Below are positions 1 through 9,249 of a DNA stretch of 64,000 bases, piece by piece. Location of the stretch: contig OY970368.1 of assembly GCA_963718615.1 (NCBI GenBank), positions 3,648,001-3,712,000 on the forward strand, given 5' to 3'. Position 1 is the first letter of the stretch. The number at the start of each line of letters is the position of its first letter. The notes below the pieces were generated by a model. The model saw only the letters and a program-made list of their open reading frames with translations. It was not told the DNA's origin and searched no databases. This DNA comes from an uncultured cyanobacterium (GTDB lineage Bacteria; Cyanobacteriota; Cyanobacteriia; PCC-9006; JAAUQQ01). The translations under genes were made by a program, and so were the position numbers.

Positions 1-1484
1 GGAGGTCGAGCCAAAGAAATGCTCATGGCGGCTGAGAGTTCGTCATCCGCTCCCATCAGATCGTCGAGCAGATCATCATCATCGTCTCCAATGATGTGAA
101 CTCGCCGTTTCGGCTTGGTCGCCGCTTTTTTGGGCGATTCACCATCATCAAACTCTTCGCGTCCTCCAACCTTGCCCCGGCGACTCGGCTTCGCAGGTGG
201 TGCAGGACGACGAGGCCGCTCCAGATCCGGCAGAACCGGTGGGATGGCTGCAACTTCGATATCTTCGTTCTCTTCGGACTCGTTGCCGCTGACCTTGCCT
301 TTCTCAGGCCGAGAAGGAGGCCGAACTAACTTAGGCCGCTGAAGTTCAACGATTTGAGGAGGGGCTGAGCGCTGATTGCGATCGCCTCCCATATCCTTGG
401 CCTTGACCGGTCGCGAAGGAGCAGATGGACGACTGGGACGTGGCTTATCTGATGAGGCCCCTGGTCCTCCGCCTTGAGTACCTCCTTGAGGCCCAGGCGC
501 ACCCGTACCCGGTGAGGTTGGCCCTCCGTCTGGACGGACCGCTGCAGGCCGCTGGACAATCTTTCTGGGTTCGCGAGACTCCGTTCTAGCAGCCTCACCC
601 TGGCCTGAATTCGGTCTGATGATTTCGGGTTTGACGACTTCAGGTTTAATGATTTCAGGCTTTTTGGCCTCCGGTCGGCCCCCCTCTCCCGCAGGAACTG
701 CTCGTGGTTCACTGGCCTTAGAAGAAGACCCCATGGGCCGCGAGGGTGGAACCAGCGAAGGGGGTTTGGGTCGAGCAGGGGCAGGAGCGCTACTCGCAGA
801 CCGTTGGGGGCGGCGTGAAGTTGAGGAACCCCTGTTGCTGGAGCTTCCATCATTGCCATCATTTGAAGCATGGGCCGCGATCGCAGTTCCCGATTCAACC
901 CGGCCATTACCGCCTTCGGGGCGAGTCCCCTCCGGTCGGGTCGCTTCAGGACGCTTGGTGTCTGGACGCACTGCTTCAGGTCGCATGGGGGAAGACGCCT
1001 CGGCTTCGGGCCGGAGCGCCACAGAGCGATCAGGAGATGGGGAAGACTGCGGCTCTTCCGGTAGGTTGTCGGTCTGCGAGGAGGTCGCGGGGGGCACCGG
1101 CGCTTTGAGTTCAGCGGGGCGTTCGGACGCGCTGGATCCATCCGTTCTCAGCTCTTGGGAGACTGACTCTGAGGACTCGGCTGGGGTTGCATGGCGGCGA
1201 ATTTCAAGAATCTGCTGCTTTTTCACGGCAGGTTTAGGCTTAGGCTTCCGGTCTGAGGACAAGGCGGGCGTCGAGGAGGGCTTGGCAGAACTACGAGGGG
1301 TTGAGGAACGGGCGCTAGCTAGCTTGGGCGCTTGGGCACGAATCTTATCGGCCTCGTCATCACTAATCGTACTGCTATGGCTTTTAACCGCAATGCCCAG
1401 TTGTTCGCAGGCGGTTAGTATGTCTCTATTCTCCAGATTCAGTTCCTTTGATAACTCGTATATCCTGACTTTGCCGTTGTTCAT
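1..1484 (-). CDS. infB: Translation initiation factor IF-2, N-terminal part (runs off window start)
   Basis: Minus-strand ATG at 1484 gives [23 protein letters not shown], the cyanobacterial IF-2 N-terminus, followed by a Pro/Arg/Ser-rich linker; lies downstream of nusA. Not in the ORF track because it has no stop in the window. Confidence 0.93.
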   Translation of the reverse strand, partial: MNNGKVRIYELSKELNLENRDILTACEQLGIAVKSHSSTISDDEADKIRAQAPKLASARSSTPRSSAKPSSTPALSSDRKPKPKPAVKKQQILEIRRHATPAESSESVSQELRTDGSSASERPAELKAPVPPATSSQTDNLPEEPQSSPSPDRSVALRPEAEASSPMRPEAVRPDTKRPEATRPEGTRPEGGNGRVESGTAIAAHASNDGNDGSSSNRGSSTSRRPQRSASSAPAPARPKPPSLVPPSRPMGSSSKASEPRAVPAGEGGRPEAKKPEIIKPEVVKPEIIRPNSGQGEAARTESREPRKIVQRPAAVRPDGGPTSPGTGAPGPQGGTQGGGPGASSDKPRPSRPSAPSRPVKAKDMGGDRNQRSAPPQIVELQRPKLVRPPSRPEKGKVSGNESEENEDIEVAAIPPVLPDLERPRRPAPPAKPSRRGKVGGREEFDDGESPKKAATKPKRRVHIIGDDDDDLLDDLMGADDELSAAMSISLARP

Positions 1485-1842
1485 CCACGATTTCCTCTGT
1501 GATCCGGTGTGTTTTTGTTAACGTCCCATAACGGTCTACCGCCTTCGATTAACAACAATAGACTGGAACCAAACGGGGCAATTGGTAGCGCAGGTAACTG
1601 TGCTGGCCCGCTAATAACGATAGGGGGTTAACCCAAAACAGGCAAGCATTCTACAGCAGAGGGCTTCTAGATTTCTCCGAGAGCCCTATGCTGAAGAGAA
1701 TTAAAGTCTGTCATGGGCGGCAAGAATTGCCCTCTCCTAGTTTATCGTGTTCGCTCAGGAACGTCGGCCTGAATTGCGATCGCCTTTACAACTTTTCCCC
1801 GACCTTGCCTCCCATCTTGGCTAAATGGCTGACTGCGTGGCT

Positions 1843-3327
1843 CTACTCTTCTTCTGCCGCTGCCTTCATGTCGTCCTCAAACTCGTCGTCCTCGTCGTCT
1901 TCGAACTCCTCTTCATCGAAGTCATCGCCAAATTCATCCTCATCAAACTCGCTGTTTTTCCCGTCTTGGGACAGGGCTCTGCTCACCTGATCTCCTGCAT
2001 CGAGCTCATCCCCGTCGATGTCTTCAGATTCATCGAGACCTCGTTCATCTGTCTCTGCGTTCGGTGTGAAGTCAGATCGAGACGAGCGATCGGAGGCTCC
2101 TACTTCTTCTTCCTGCTCTTCAAAGGCTTCATCAGGATAATCGTCGTCGTCTTCTGCGACAACCACCATGTCAGGAATGACGTAGGCGTTAAAGTCATAT
2201 TTCGCAATATCTTTGATGTCAATTTTCCAGCCGGTGAGGCGAGCTGCAAGACGGACATTTTGGCCTTCTTTGCCAATGGCGAGACTGAGCTGATCTTCGG
2301 CAACGAGTACATGGGCCTGACGCGCTTCCGGGTCAACGAGGCGTACCATATCGACCCGTGCCGGGCTGAGGGCATTGGCAATATAAGTTGCTGGGTCTGG
2401 TGACCAGCGAATCACGTCAATTTTTTCGCCACGCAGTTCGTTGACCACCACCTGAATCCGTGATCCCCTTGCACCAATGCAGGCCCCGACCGGGTCTACA
2501 TCTCGCTCTAGGGTATCGACTGCAATCTTGGTGCGAGGACCAACATGGCGGGAGGGAGGATTCGCTTCCCGAGCAACCGCGACAATCCGGACAACTTCAT
2601 CCTGAATTTCGGGGACTTCGTTTTCAAACAGGTAAACCACCAGTCCGGCATTGGCCCGAGAGACAATAATTTGGGGGCCACGACGGGGGGTCTCCGCAAC
2701 TTCTTTCAAAAAGACTCTAAAGGTTGCATTGGCCCGGTAGTTATCGTTGGGCAACTGCTCACGGCGGGGTAATTCCGCCTCCACGGGCGGGCGGCCAAAG
2801 CCACTGCTGACTTCCATGATCACGGACTGGCGCTCAAACCGTAGCACCTTGGCATTGAGGACAGGGTCTTCGACATCTTGAAATTCTTCTTGGATCATCC
2901 GCCGCTGAAAGTCCCGCAGTTTTTGGGCCAGGACCTGCTTGGTTTGGATGGCGGCCATCCGTCCAAAATCCTCCTTTTCAGGGGTGACATCGACCACGAC
3001 TGTATCGCCCAACTGGGCTTCAGGCGCGACTTCACGCACCACTTCTAAGGCTATTTCGTGGTCAATATTTTGCAGCTCTTCGACAATGGTTTTGGCGGCT
3101 AGGATCCGGAATCCTTCTTCATCAACATCGAGTTCGACGCTGAAATTTTGGAAATATTCTTCGTCAAAGCCAATGTCTTCGCCCATGCGCTGAGTGCGGC
3201 GATAGCGTTCATAACCTTTCAGTAAAGCTTCTTGGATGGCGGCTTCGACCACTGTGGGGGGAAGTTTTTTCTGTTCGCTGATGGCGTCGATCATCAGCTT
3301 CAGATCCGGTAAAGTCAAGAGCGTCAT
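1843..3327 (-). CDS. nusA: Transcription termination/antitermination factor NusA with acidic C-terminal tail
   Basis: FGRMAAIQTKQV, GPRTKIAV, DPVGACIGARGSRI, LSLAIGKEGQNVRLAARLTGWKIDI; ATG at 3327 preferred as start. Confidence 0.97.
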   Translation of the reverse strand: MTLLTLPDLKLMIDAISEQKKLPPTVVEAAIQEALLKGYERYRRTQRMGEDIGFDEEYFQNFSVELDVDEEGFRILAAKTIVEELQNIDHEIALEVVREVAPEAQLGDTVVVDVTPEKEDFGRMAAIQTKQVLAQKLRDFQRRMIQEEFQDVEDPVLNAKVLRFERQSVIMEVSSGFGRPPVEAELPRREQLPNDNYRANATFRVFLKEVAETPRRGPQIIVSRANAGLVVYLFENEVPEIQDEVVRIVAVAREANPPSRHVGPRTKIAVDTLERDVDPVGACIGARGSRIQVVVNELRGEKIDVIRWSPDPATYIANALSPARVDMVRLVDPEARQAHVLVAEDQLSLAIGKEGQNVRLAARLTGWKIDIKDIAKYDFNAYVIPDMVVVAEDDDDYPDEAFEEQEEEVGASDRSSRSDFTPNAETDERGLDESEDIDGDELDAGDQVSRALSQDGKNSEFDEDEFGDDFDEEEFEDDEDDEFEDDMKAAAEEE

Positions 3328-3360
3328 AACGGAGCATCCTTTAGGTGAAGTGGATTTGAG

Positions 3361-3407
3361 GTCCAAAGAAATTCAAAGCGGTCCAAAGCGGTCCAAAGCG
3401 GTCCAAT
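3361..3407. repeat. 10-bp tandem repeat (GTCCAAAGCG-like, about 4-5 units)
   Basis: gtccaaagaa attcaaagcg gtccaaagcg gtccaaagcg gtccaat between rimP and nusA. Confidence 0.8.
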
Positions 3408-3425
3408 AAATATGGGTTCGGGTGC

Positions 3426-3887
3426 CTATTCCGCATCCATCAGTTGGACTTGGGCGATGAGCGATCGCGGAATCTTAACCGCACGACCCTTCTGATTGAG
3501 ATGAACGTAGTCCTCATCGCGACGAATTAAACTCCCTTGCCAAAAACTCTGCCCCTTAAAGGTCTCGGTTGTTTGCACGGAAACCGGAAACCCCTTAAAC
3601 GAAACAAAATCCCGATCGGTTCCCAGGGTTTTCGAGATCCCTGGACTGGAAATCTCCAGGACGTAGGCGTCCGGAACGATCTCGCTTTCATCTAAGGCCG
3701 CTTCCAGGGCACGGCTCATGCGCTCGCAATCCTCCAGACTTGTGTCTTGGGTGAGGTTTCGCACATCTAACCGGAGGACCGGCGGGGATTGATTGGTTTG
3801 AAAAACCGCATGCACTACCTCCAACTGCAACGAGTCTGCCAGGGGAGCTGCAATTTCGAGAATTTGAGGTATGAGCGGATGGGCCAT
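3426..3887 (-). CDS. rimP: Ribosome maturation factor RimP
   Basis: SLEDCERMSR, YVLEISSPG motifs; first gene of rimP-nusA-infB. Confidence 0.95.
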   Translation of the reverse strand: MAHPLIPQILEIAAPLADSLQLEVVHAVFQTNQSPPVLRLDVRNLTQDTSLEDCERMSRALEAALDESEIVPDAYVLEISSPGISKTLGTDRDFVSFKGFPVSVQTTETFKGQSFWQGSLIRRDEDYVHLNQKGRAVKIPRSLIAQVQLMDAE

Positions 3888-3928
3888 AAACCGGAGCGGG
3901 GAAAGATCAAAAAAGACAGGATTTCAAT

Positions 3929-3953
3929 AAAAAAAGCGGGCCGCAACCCACTT
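3929..3953 (-). promoter_or_regulatory. rimP leader terminator-like hairpin
   Basis: Minus strand AAGTGGG-TTGCGG-CCCGCTT followed by a U-tract, ~40 nt upstream of rimP; resembles the widely conserved rimP leader hairpin. Confidence 0.6.
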
Positions 3954-4051
3954 CCTAAGCACTATTAGGATGTGTCAGATCGACAGGGACTTCTAGGCAA
4001 TTTTACTTGACCTATACCATTTGCCTATCCATCTACTCGCGCTATTATAGC

Positions 4052-5548
4052 TCAGTTATTCCGCCTTTGAGACAAGGACTCAACCGTTGGCGGAAATCCG
4101 GCTTGGCGACTGAGCTGCTGTGCTTCTTCTAGCACGGCTTCAAAGTCAGCTTCGGAAATACGGCTGACATAATTAAATTTGAATTCTTCGAGCAGATCGC
4201 AGAGTAAGGTCTGGATTTCCTGAAGGGTATTGTGGTCAGAAAGGGCATCGGTGAACGCCACTGTGAAATGGCGCACCAGTTGCTCCATCAGGTCAGCCCC
4301 ATTGGGATCCGGCAGGGTGAGGGTGCTGTAGGTGCCTTGAGAAACGGTGGTGATCGCCTGGGAGACGCCAGAGGCGAGCTGCTGGGTCAGCTGTTGGGGA
4401 ACAAAGCTAAAACCGGGCAAATTTTGCAGCAGTTGGTAGGCGGGCAGGCGCTGTAGCGTGTAGAGCAGATTGTGCTGAAGTAAGGCTTCTAGGTCGGGCT
4501 GCACCCGAGGGAGCACTTGGTAAACCAACAGTTCTGAGAGTCGTCGGGCCAGCACCTCGATTTCATTGGTATCGTTGAGATCGACATAGGGGGTTTGGCT
4601 AAGGTTGAGGAGCGATTTGAGATCACCGCGCCGAATGCTCTGTTGAGCTTGATTGATGCTTTGAACTGCAATCACCTCAAGCAGCTCTCCCGCAAAGACA
4701 CTGATAAAGCCGCGACTAATCTGACTCCGCAAGGGTTCGAGGTCGATTAGACGAGCGGACTGGAGCCGCAGGGATAGGGGAATGATGCGCAACCAGCGTA
4801 GAAAGGGTAGGAGCAGCAGCAAATCATACCAACGCCACAGCAGGGCCTCTCGCCAGCTGAGGCTGGGGTGTCGGCGGCGAATCCTATAGATCCGAATCAG
4901 CAGTTCTAGACCGAAGAAAATCTGGAAGGGTAGGTCCAGTCTCCAAAAGCGATCGCGCCATTCCCCGTTTTCACCAATGGTGCGATAGTAGTTGGTCTCA
5001 ATCAGCGGACGAATTTTCTCATTAAAAAAGGCCAGTTCTTCAGGCCAGCGTTGGGGGGTCAGCGTCGTAGGACTCCAAAGCTGGGCAAAGGCGACCTTAG
5101 CGGATTCTGCTTCGTAGCGATCGCGCACCCGATTTTTGATTCTTTCCAAGGTTCCCGACTTACCCGCCACCGCGAAGGGATTTTCATCCACCATTTCGCG
5201 ACTCAAATTTCTTAGGATTTCTAAGTCCTGACGCACTTTGGGTGAACTGGGACCGGCCTCAGGATCGCGCAGATCTTGCTCCAGTGTATTGACTCGGTTG
5301 AGATAGTCGGTGGTGAATCGATTGGGGGTGATGCCTTTGAAGCGATCGTAAAAAGTCGTAATCGGCGGGAGCGGTAGCTGGATCGGCTGATTGGCGATTT
5401 GCAACGTGCCGTGGAGCCAAAAATTGCGCCAGGGCACATAGCTCAGATCGAAGAGGGCTAGGGCATAGTTAAAGGCGACCAACAGCGCTAGCAAACGCTC
5501 GGTCCAGAGGATCAGGGGATGGATGCGGGGCGCTTTTCGCAGCGGCAT
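4052..5548 (-). CDS. Conserved cyanobacterial membrane protein, function unknown
   Basis: Long ORF with TM segments (ALFDLSYVPWRNFW; WRWYDLLLLLPFLRWLRII); start at 5548 (MPLRK) inferred. Confidence 0.75.
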   Translation of the reverse strand: MPLRKAPRIHPLILWTERLLALLVAFNYALALFDLSYVPWRNFWLHGTLQIANQPIQLPLPPITTFYDRFKGITPNRFTTDYLNRVNTLEQDLRDPEAGPSSPKVRQDLEILRNLSREMVDENPFAVAGKSGTLERIKNRVRDRYEAESAKVAFAQLWSPTTLTPQRWPEELAFFNEKIRPLIETNYYRTIGENGEWRDRFWRLDLPFQIFFGLELLIRIYRIRRRHPSLSWREALLWRWYDLLLLLPFLRWLRIIPLSLRLQSARLIDLEPLRSQISRGFISVFAGELLEVIAVQSINQAQQSIRRGDLKSLLNLSQTPYVDLNDTNEIEVLARRLSELLVYQVLPRVQPDLEALLQHNLLYTLQRLPAYQLLQNLPGFSFVPQQLTQQLASGVSQAITTVSQGTYSTLTLPDPNGADLMEQLVRHFTVAFTDALSDHNTLQEIQTLLCDLLEEFKFNYVSRISEADFEAVLEEAQQLSRQAGFPPTVESLSQRRNN

Positions 5549-5747
5549 AGTCCTGAGGAAAATGTCAATCCGAGTATGGGGGTTGACGCCCGGCCTGGCA
5601 ATCCCCTCCCAGAGATTTAAGCAGCGGTTCTGTATTTTATGGATGGGGATGATGCGATCGCACCCAATCTCAAGACGCCTTCTCATGGGAAGTACGGAGT
5701 CGAGATTCATGTCATCGGTGCGAGACGCAATCCACACGTAGGGAAAG

Positions 5748-5797
5748 AAAAAACCCCAGCTCATCGCTGGGGGTCAACTCAGGGTGCATCTATATCT
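5748..5797 (-). ncRNA. Candidate ~50-nt small RNA (NtcA-repressed, NsrR1-like architecture)
   Basis: Minus strand TTGCCA-N16-CATAAT promoter, then ATAGATGCACCCTGAGTTGAC and an intrinsic terminator CCCCAGC-GATGA-GCTGGGG-TTTTTT; no ORF inside. Confidence 0.5.
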
Positions 5798-5802
5798 ATT
5801 AT

Positions 5803-5816
5803 GTACAAAATATTAC
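5803..5816. promoter_or_regulatory. NtcA binding box
   Basis: Perfect GTA-N8-TAC (GTACAAAATATTAC). Confidence 0.6.
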
Positions 5817-6187
5817 CCTTGGCAATAGGTTTCTGCGTTCTTTGCAAAAAAAATATCCAGAAAATCTACGGAGCATACGCAAATATCCCTGAATCCCCCG
5901 ACCTGCTTAGACTTGAGTAATTACGCGGTGATTCTCTCGAAGGGATGGTTTCCATAAAGAATGCTTAATACTTGCTTCTGAAATTTGTTACGGAGAGAAA
6001 ATAGCGACGGCTTCAGACTTTGAGACAAAATTCGTGTGATCAAGATCACCTTGCTCTAGAGCCAATGGCATGGGCAGGAGGCTGGAGAAATAGGGCTCTA
6101 CGCTAGAATCTCAAAAGATTCTTCTTAACTTCTCCTCGTCCCCCCGCTAGTTCGCCCTCACAGTTGTCCTGAAACAGTGGTCTGTCG

Positions 6188-6460
6188 ATGCCAGAATCCT
6201 TCAATGATTTAGTTCCGGTTGCGACCGACGCAGATGCGTCCTCATCCATGGCCTCCGCCAGCGATGCAGCGGCGATCGCCCTCACCTTGGAAACTTGGAG
6301 TGCAAGTCTGGGATTGTCGATTCCTGCGACCTGTCTACCCGGTGTTGTGGAACAATGGGGCAACTTGGCGGCGATCGCCCAACCCCTCCTGGCGTTTCCC
6401 ATCCCCCAAACCCTAGATCCCGCTCCGAGATTCACGCCCCAGGAGCCAGATCCATGCTGA
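6188..6460 (+). CDS. Small DUF4089/AtzG-like amidase partner subunit
   Basis: LGLSIPATCLPGVVEQW...PLLAFPIP...PAPRFTP; stop overlaps the amidase ATG (ATGCTGA). Confidence 0.7.
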   Translation: MPESFNDLVPVATDADASSSMASASDAAAIALTLETWSASLGLSIPATCLPGVVEQWGNLAAIAQPLLAFPIPQTLDPAPRFTPQEPDPC

Positions 6461-7875
6461 ATTGGCCCTTTTCCGATGCCCAGGTTTTGGATATCCAGTT
6501 TCTCGATGCCCATCAATTGGCTCAGGCCATTCGGACAGGCGAGCTGACGGCGGAAGCGGTGATGGAAGTGACGCTGGCTCAGCTTACCGCCAAAAATCCT
6601 GCCATCAATGCCTTTACCGCAGTGTTAGCAGACTCCGCCTTGGCGGCGGCCCAGGCCGTCGATGCCCAACGAGCCGCAGGGCAAGCGCTCGGCCCCTTGG
6701 CAGGGGTTCCCTTTGGGGTCAAAAACCTGTTTGACGTAGCAGGGCTGCCCACCCTGGCAGGGTCTCAGATTAACGCGGCCAACCCAGGTGCGCTGGAAGA
6801 TGCGACGGCGATCGCCCGTCTCAAGGCAGCAGGCGCGATTTTAGTCGGCACGCTCAATATGGATGAGTATGCCTACGGTTTCGTCACGGAAAATGCCCAC
6901 TTCGGCCCCACCCACAATCCCCATGATTTGAAGTTAATCGCTGGGGGCTCCTCGGGGGGATCGGCGGCGGCGGTCGCGGGAGGGCTGGTGCCCTTGAGCT
7001 TGGGCAGCGATACCAACGGTTCGATTCGGGTTCCGGCGGCACTCTGCGGTATTTTGGGTTTGAAGCCGACCTATGGCCGCTTGTCACGGGCGGGCACGTT
7101 TCCCCTCTCGACGAGTTTGGATCACATTGGGCCGTTTGCCCGGTCGGTTCGGGATTTGGCGCTAATATTTGATCTTTTGCAGGGACCAGACGATCGCGAT
7201 CCGGTCTGTACTGAACGAGATCCTGAAGGGTGTTTAGAGCATTTGGGCAAGGGCCTTGAGGGATTGAGGATAGCCATAGCAACAGATTATTTCCAGCAGG
7301 GCGCGATGCCAGAAGCCCTGGCCGCAGTCCAGCAGGTGGCCCAATCGTTGGGCGTACAACAGGAAGTTATCATCCCCGAAGCAGCCAGCGCTAGGGCCGC
7401 AGCGTTTGTGATTACGGCGAGCGAGGGGGGACAGGTACATCTAGAAAATTTACGGCGCTGTCCCATGGCGTTTGATCCGGCAACGCGCGATCGCTTCCTC
7501 GCAGGGGCTCTGGTGCCCAATGCTTGGTATTTGCAAGCCCAAAAGTTTAGACGCTGGTATGGCGATCGCGTTCACGAGCTGTTCAAAACGGTCGATGTGA
7601 TCATCGCTCCCACAACACCCTGTTTTGCAACCCCCATTGGTCAAGCACTCGTAGAAATTGCAGGCCAAGAAATCGCGGTTCGGCCTCATCTAGGATTGTA
7701 CACACAACCCCTTTCCTTGATTGGTTTGCCGGTGATTTCGGTACCGGTTTGGTTAGAGGGGGCGACCTTGCCGCTGGGGGTACAGTTGATCGGCGCACCC
7801 TATCAGGAGGCCAAGCTGCTCCGGGTTGCCGCTTGGCTGGAGGCGCGGAAAGTGATCGGATACAGACCTGCGTAA
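6454..7875 (+). CDS. AtzE-family amidohydrolase (amidase signature)
   Basis: GVPFGVKNLFD, NMDEYAYGF, GGSSGGS, LGSDTNGSIRVPA. Confidence 0.88.
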   Translation: MLNWPFSDAQVLDIQFLDAHQLAQAIRTGELTAEAVMEVTLAQLTAKNPAINAFTAVLADSALAAAQAVDAQRAAGQALGPLAGVPFGVKNLFDVAGLPTLAGSQINAANPGALEDATAIARLKAAGAILVGTLNMDEYAYGFVTENAHFGPTHNPHDLKLIAGGSSGGSAAAVAGGLVPLSLGSDTNGSIRVPAALCGILGLKPTYGRLSRAGTFPLSTSLDHIGPFARSVRDLALIFDLLQGPDDRDPVCTERDPEGCLEHLGKGLEGLRIAIATDYFQQGAMPEALAAVQQVAQSLGVQQEVIIPEAASARAAAFVITASEGGQVHLENLRRCPMAFDPATRDRFLAGALVPNAWYLQAQKFRRWYGDRVHELFKTVDVIIAPTTPCFATPIGQALVEIAGQEIAVRPHLGLYTQPLSLIGLPVISVPVWLEGATLPLGVQLIGAPYQEAKLLRVAAWLEARKVIGYRPA

Positions 7876-7888
7876 GGGTTTTTAAGGG

Positions 7889-7937
7889 AGGGTATCTCGC
7901 CGGAAGAAGATGAATCAAATCCTTCCGGCACAACCCT
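7889..7937. terminator. Long hairpin between the convergent amidase gene and tRNA unit
   Basis: GCCGGAAG...CTTCCGGC stem (7899-7929) extended by AGGGT/ACCCT. Confidence 0.55.
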
Positions 7938-7938
7938 A

Positions 7939-8012
7939 CGAGAATGGCAGGAGTCGAACCTGCAATCTTTGGTTTCGTAGACCAATGTGTTTTCCAATTC
8001 CACTACATTCCC
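7939..8012 (-). tRNA. trnR: tRNA-Arg(ACG), atypical array-type sequence, no encoded CCA
   Basis: Acceptor GGGAATG/CATTCTC, anticodon arm TTGGT-CTACGAA-ACCAA, T arm GCAGG-TTCGACT-CCTGC. Confidence 0.88.
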
Positions 8013-8027
8013 AAATTAAAAGTACAG

Positions 8028-8076
8028 CCTAGAACATCGGTTTTGGAGACCGAAGTGTTGTTGTCACACCATCTCT
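8028..8076 (-). pseudogene. Degenerate tRNA-Trp(CCA) remnant
   Basis: Intact anticodon arm TCGGT-CTCCAAA-ACCGA and 5' T-stem CTAGG; T-loop and 3' acceptor strand are missing. Confidence 0.65.
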
Positions 8077-8223
8077 ACATACACTCTGAACAAACTAATA
8101 AAATTCTAAGGTTTCAAGATTCAGGGTTGGATGCGATCGCCACATCCCTCATCGAGGCTAGTTATCAAAATCTTTTGGGCTGGCTTTGAGGTAACTTGCA
8201 TCTCTCTTTGCCTGCCTAAATAT

Positions 8224-8243
8224 ATACTACACAACGTACTACA
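8224..8243 (-). promoter_or_regulatory. Direct-repeat operator overlapping a -10 box upstream of the tRNA remnants
   Basis: Minus strand TGTAGTA-cgttg-TGTAGTAT containing TAGTAT; second copy at 9231-9249. Confidence 0.55.
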
Positions 8244-8281
8244 GAGCGTCAAGGGGAGCAGTGGAACCGTGCTGAGATTTT

Positions 8282-8692
8282 CTAACCCGATAGAAAGACT
8301 TGAGATTGAGTCATGGCCCAGAGTTTGTGGAGAAGACGCTCGATGCGATCGCTCACCACCGCCAAAAACATCCCCTCATGGGCATCCACATCCGCCGCTA
8401 ACCACACCCCGCGCAAGCAGACTTCGTAGGAGGTCTCATCCACGGGATAAAGGTCAACCCCTGCGGCTAGGCCATCGGGGCAATGCTGGGCCTGCTCCCG
8501 ACAGATTTCGATTTCTAGCGCCGCTAAACCGGGGATATCCCGAGGCAGTAAAAACGACGCACTGCTGGTTTCTACCCGCAGATTTTGTCCGAGTCGTACG
8601 GCTAGCACAGCCCGCTGGGCAACCAGGGTTTCCAGGGAGTCCGCTAGCCGTTCTAACTGCAACTCGCTATCGGCATAGGTCAATTTCAACAT
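8282..8692 (-). CDS. Alr0857-family conserved cyanobacterial protein
   Basis: MLKLTYADSELQLERL...ASFLLP...YEVCLRGVW...IERLLHKLW. Confidence 0.75.
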   Translation of the reverse strand: MLKLTYADSELQLERLADSLETLVAQRAVLAVRLGQNLRVETSSASFLLPRDIPGLAALEIEICREQAQHCPDGLAAGVDLYPVDETSYEVCLRGVWLAADVDAHEGMFLAVVSDRIERLLHKLWAMTQSQVFLSG

Positions 8693-8712
8693 TATGGATA
8701 AGCTCCTAATAC

Positions 8713-8748
8713 TAAAAACCCCCGCTTCTGGTGAGTCAGAAGCGGGGG
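8713..8748 (-). terminator. Intrinsic terminator
   Basis: CCCCCGCTTCTG-loop-CAGAAGCGGGGG followed by TTTTT on the minus strand. Confidence 0.8.
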
Positions 8749-8769
8749 CAGAAACGCTAAGGTTTCCAG

Positions 8770-9054
8770 TTAACTCAACGTAGCCGGGCTAGGCCAAAGG
8801 GGCTGACGCTGAGATCCGCTTCTGGGGATTTTGAGATGGCGTTCAAGGACGAGAGCTATGAATCTAAAACGATTAATTTGGGTCGCTTTGGGAGCGAGGC
8901 GATCGCTAGACCACTCCATCTCGAATGAGTCCTGTGGGATCGAATTCGGCATGGCACAGCCATAGAAAAGACCCGTGCACAGCGCCTTAAGCACACCCGT
9001 GCCGAGCAGGCGGCAGGTAGGCTGAAGGAAGGTGACGGGTAAACTGCGTTTCAT
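8770..9054 (-). CDS. Small conserved hypothetical protein
   Basis: MKRSLPVTFLQPTCRLLGTG...GLFYGCAMP; followed by a terminator. Confidence 0.6.
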   Translation of the reverse strand: MKRSLPVTFLQPTCRLLGTGVLKALCTGLFYGCAMPNSIPQDSFEMEWSSDRLAPKATQINRFRFIALVLERHLKIPRSGSQRQPLWPSPATLS

Positions 9055-9230
9055 GGCGCGTTGGAAGTTTGAAGGGATTAAAAGACTGAAAAGGGTGATC
9101 AAATAATCAACAAATAATCAATGGGACTGAAGTTTTTCTCTAAAGCTATTGTATCTGGGCTATTTTCCCTAAACTAGCTGTTTTCCCTAAGCCATTAAAA
9201 CAACAGCCCTGGAAAAACTGATTATTCTAG

Positions 9231-9249
9231 ATACTACTCGGATACTACA
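9231..9249 (-). promoter_or_regulatory. Second copy of the GTAGTA direct-repeat operator
   Basis: Minus strand TGTAGTAT-ccga-GTAGTAT upstream of the 9054 ORF. Confidence 0.5.

Noticed and set aside
56-1521. Several long ORFs in the track (326..1141 -, 619..1521 +, etc.)
   Set aside because: Alternative-frame or antisense shadows of the GC-rich, low-complexity infB N-terminus
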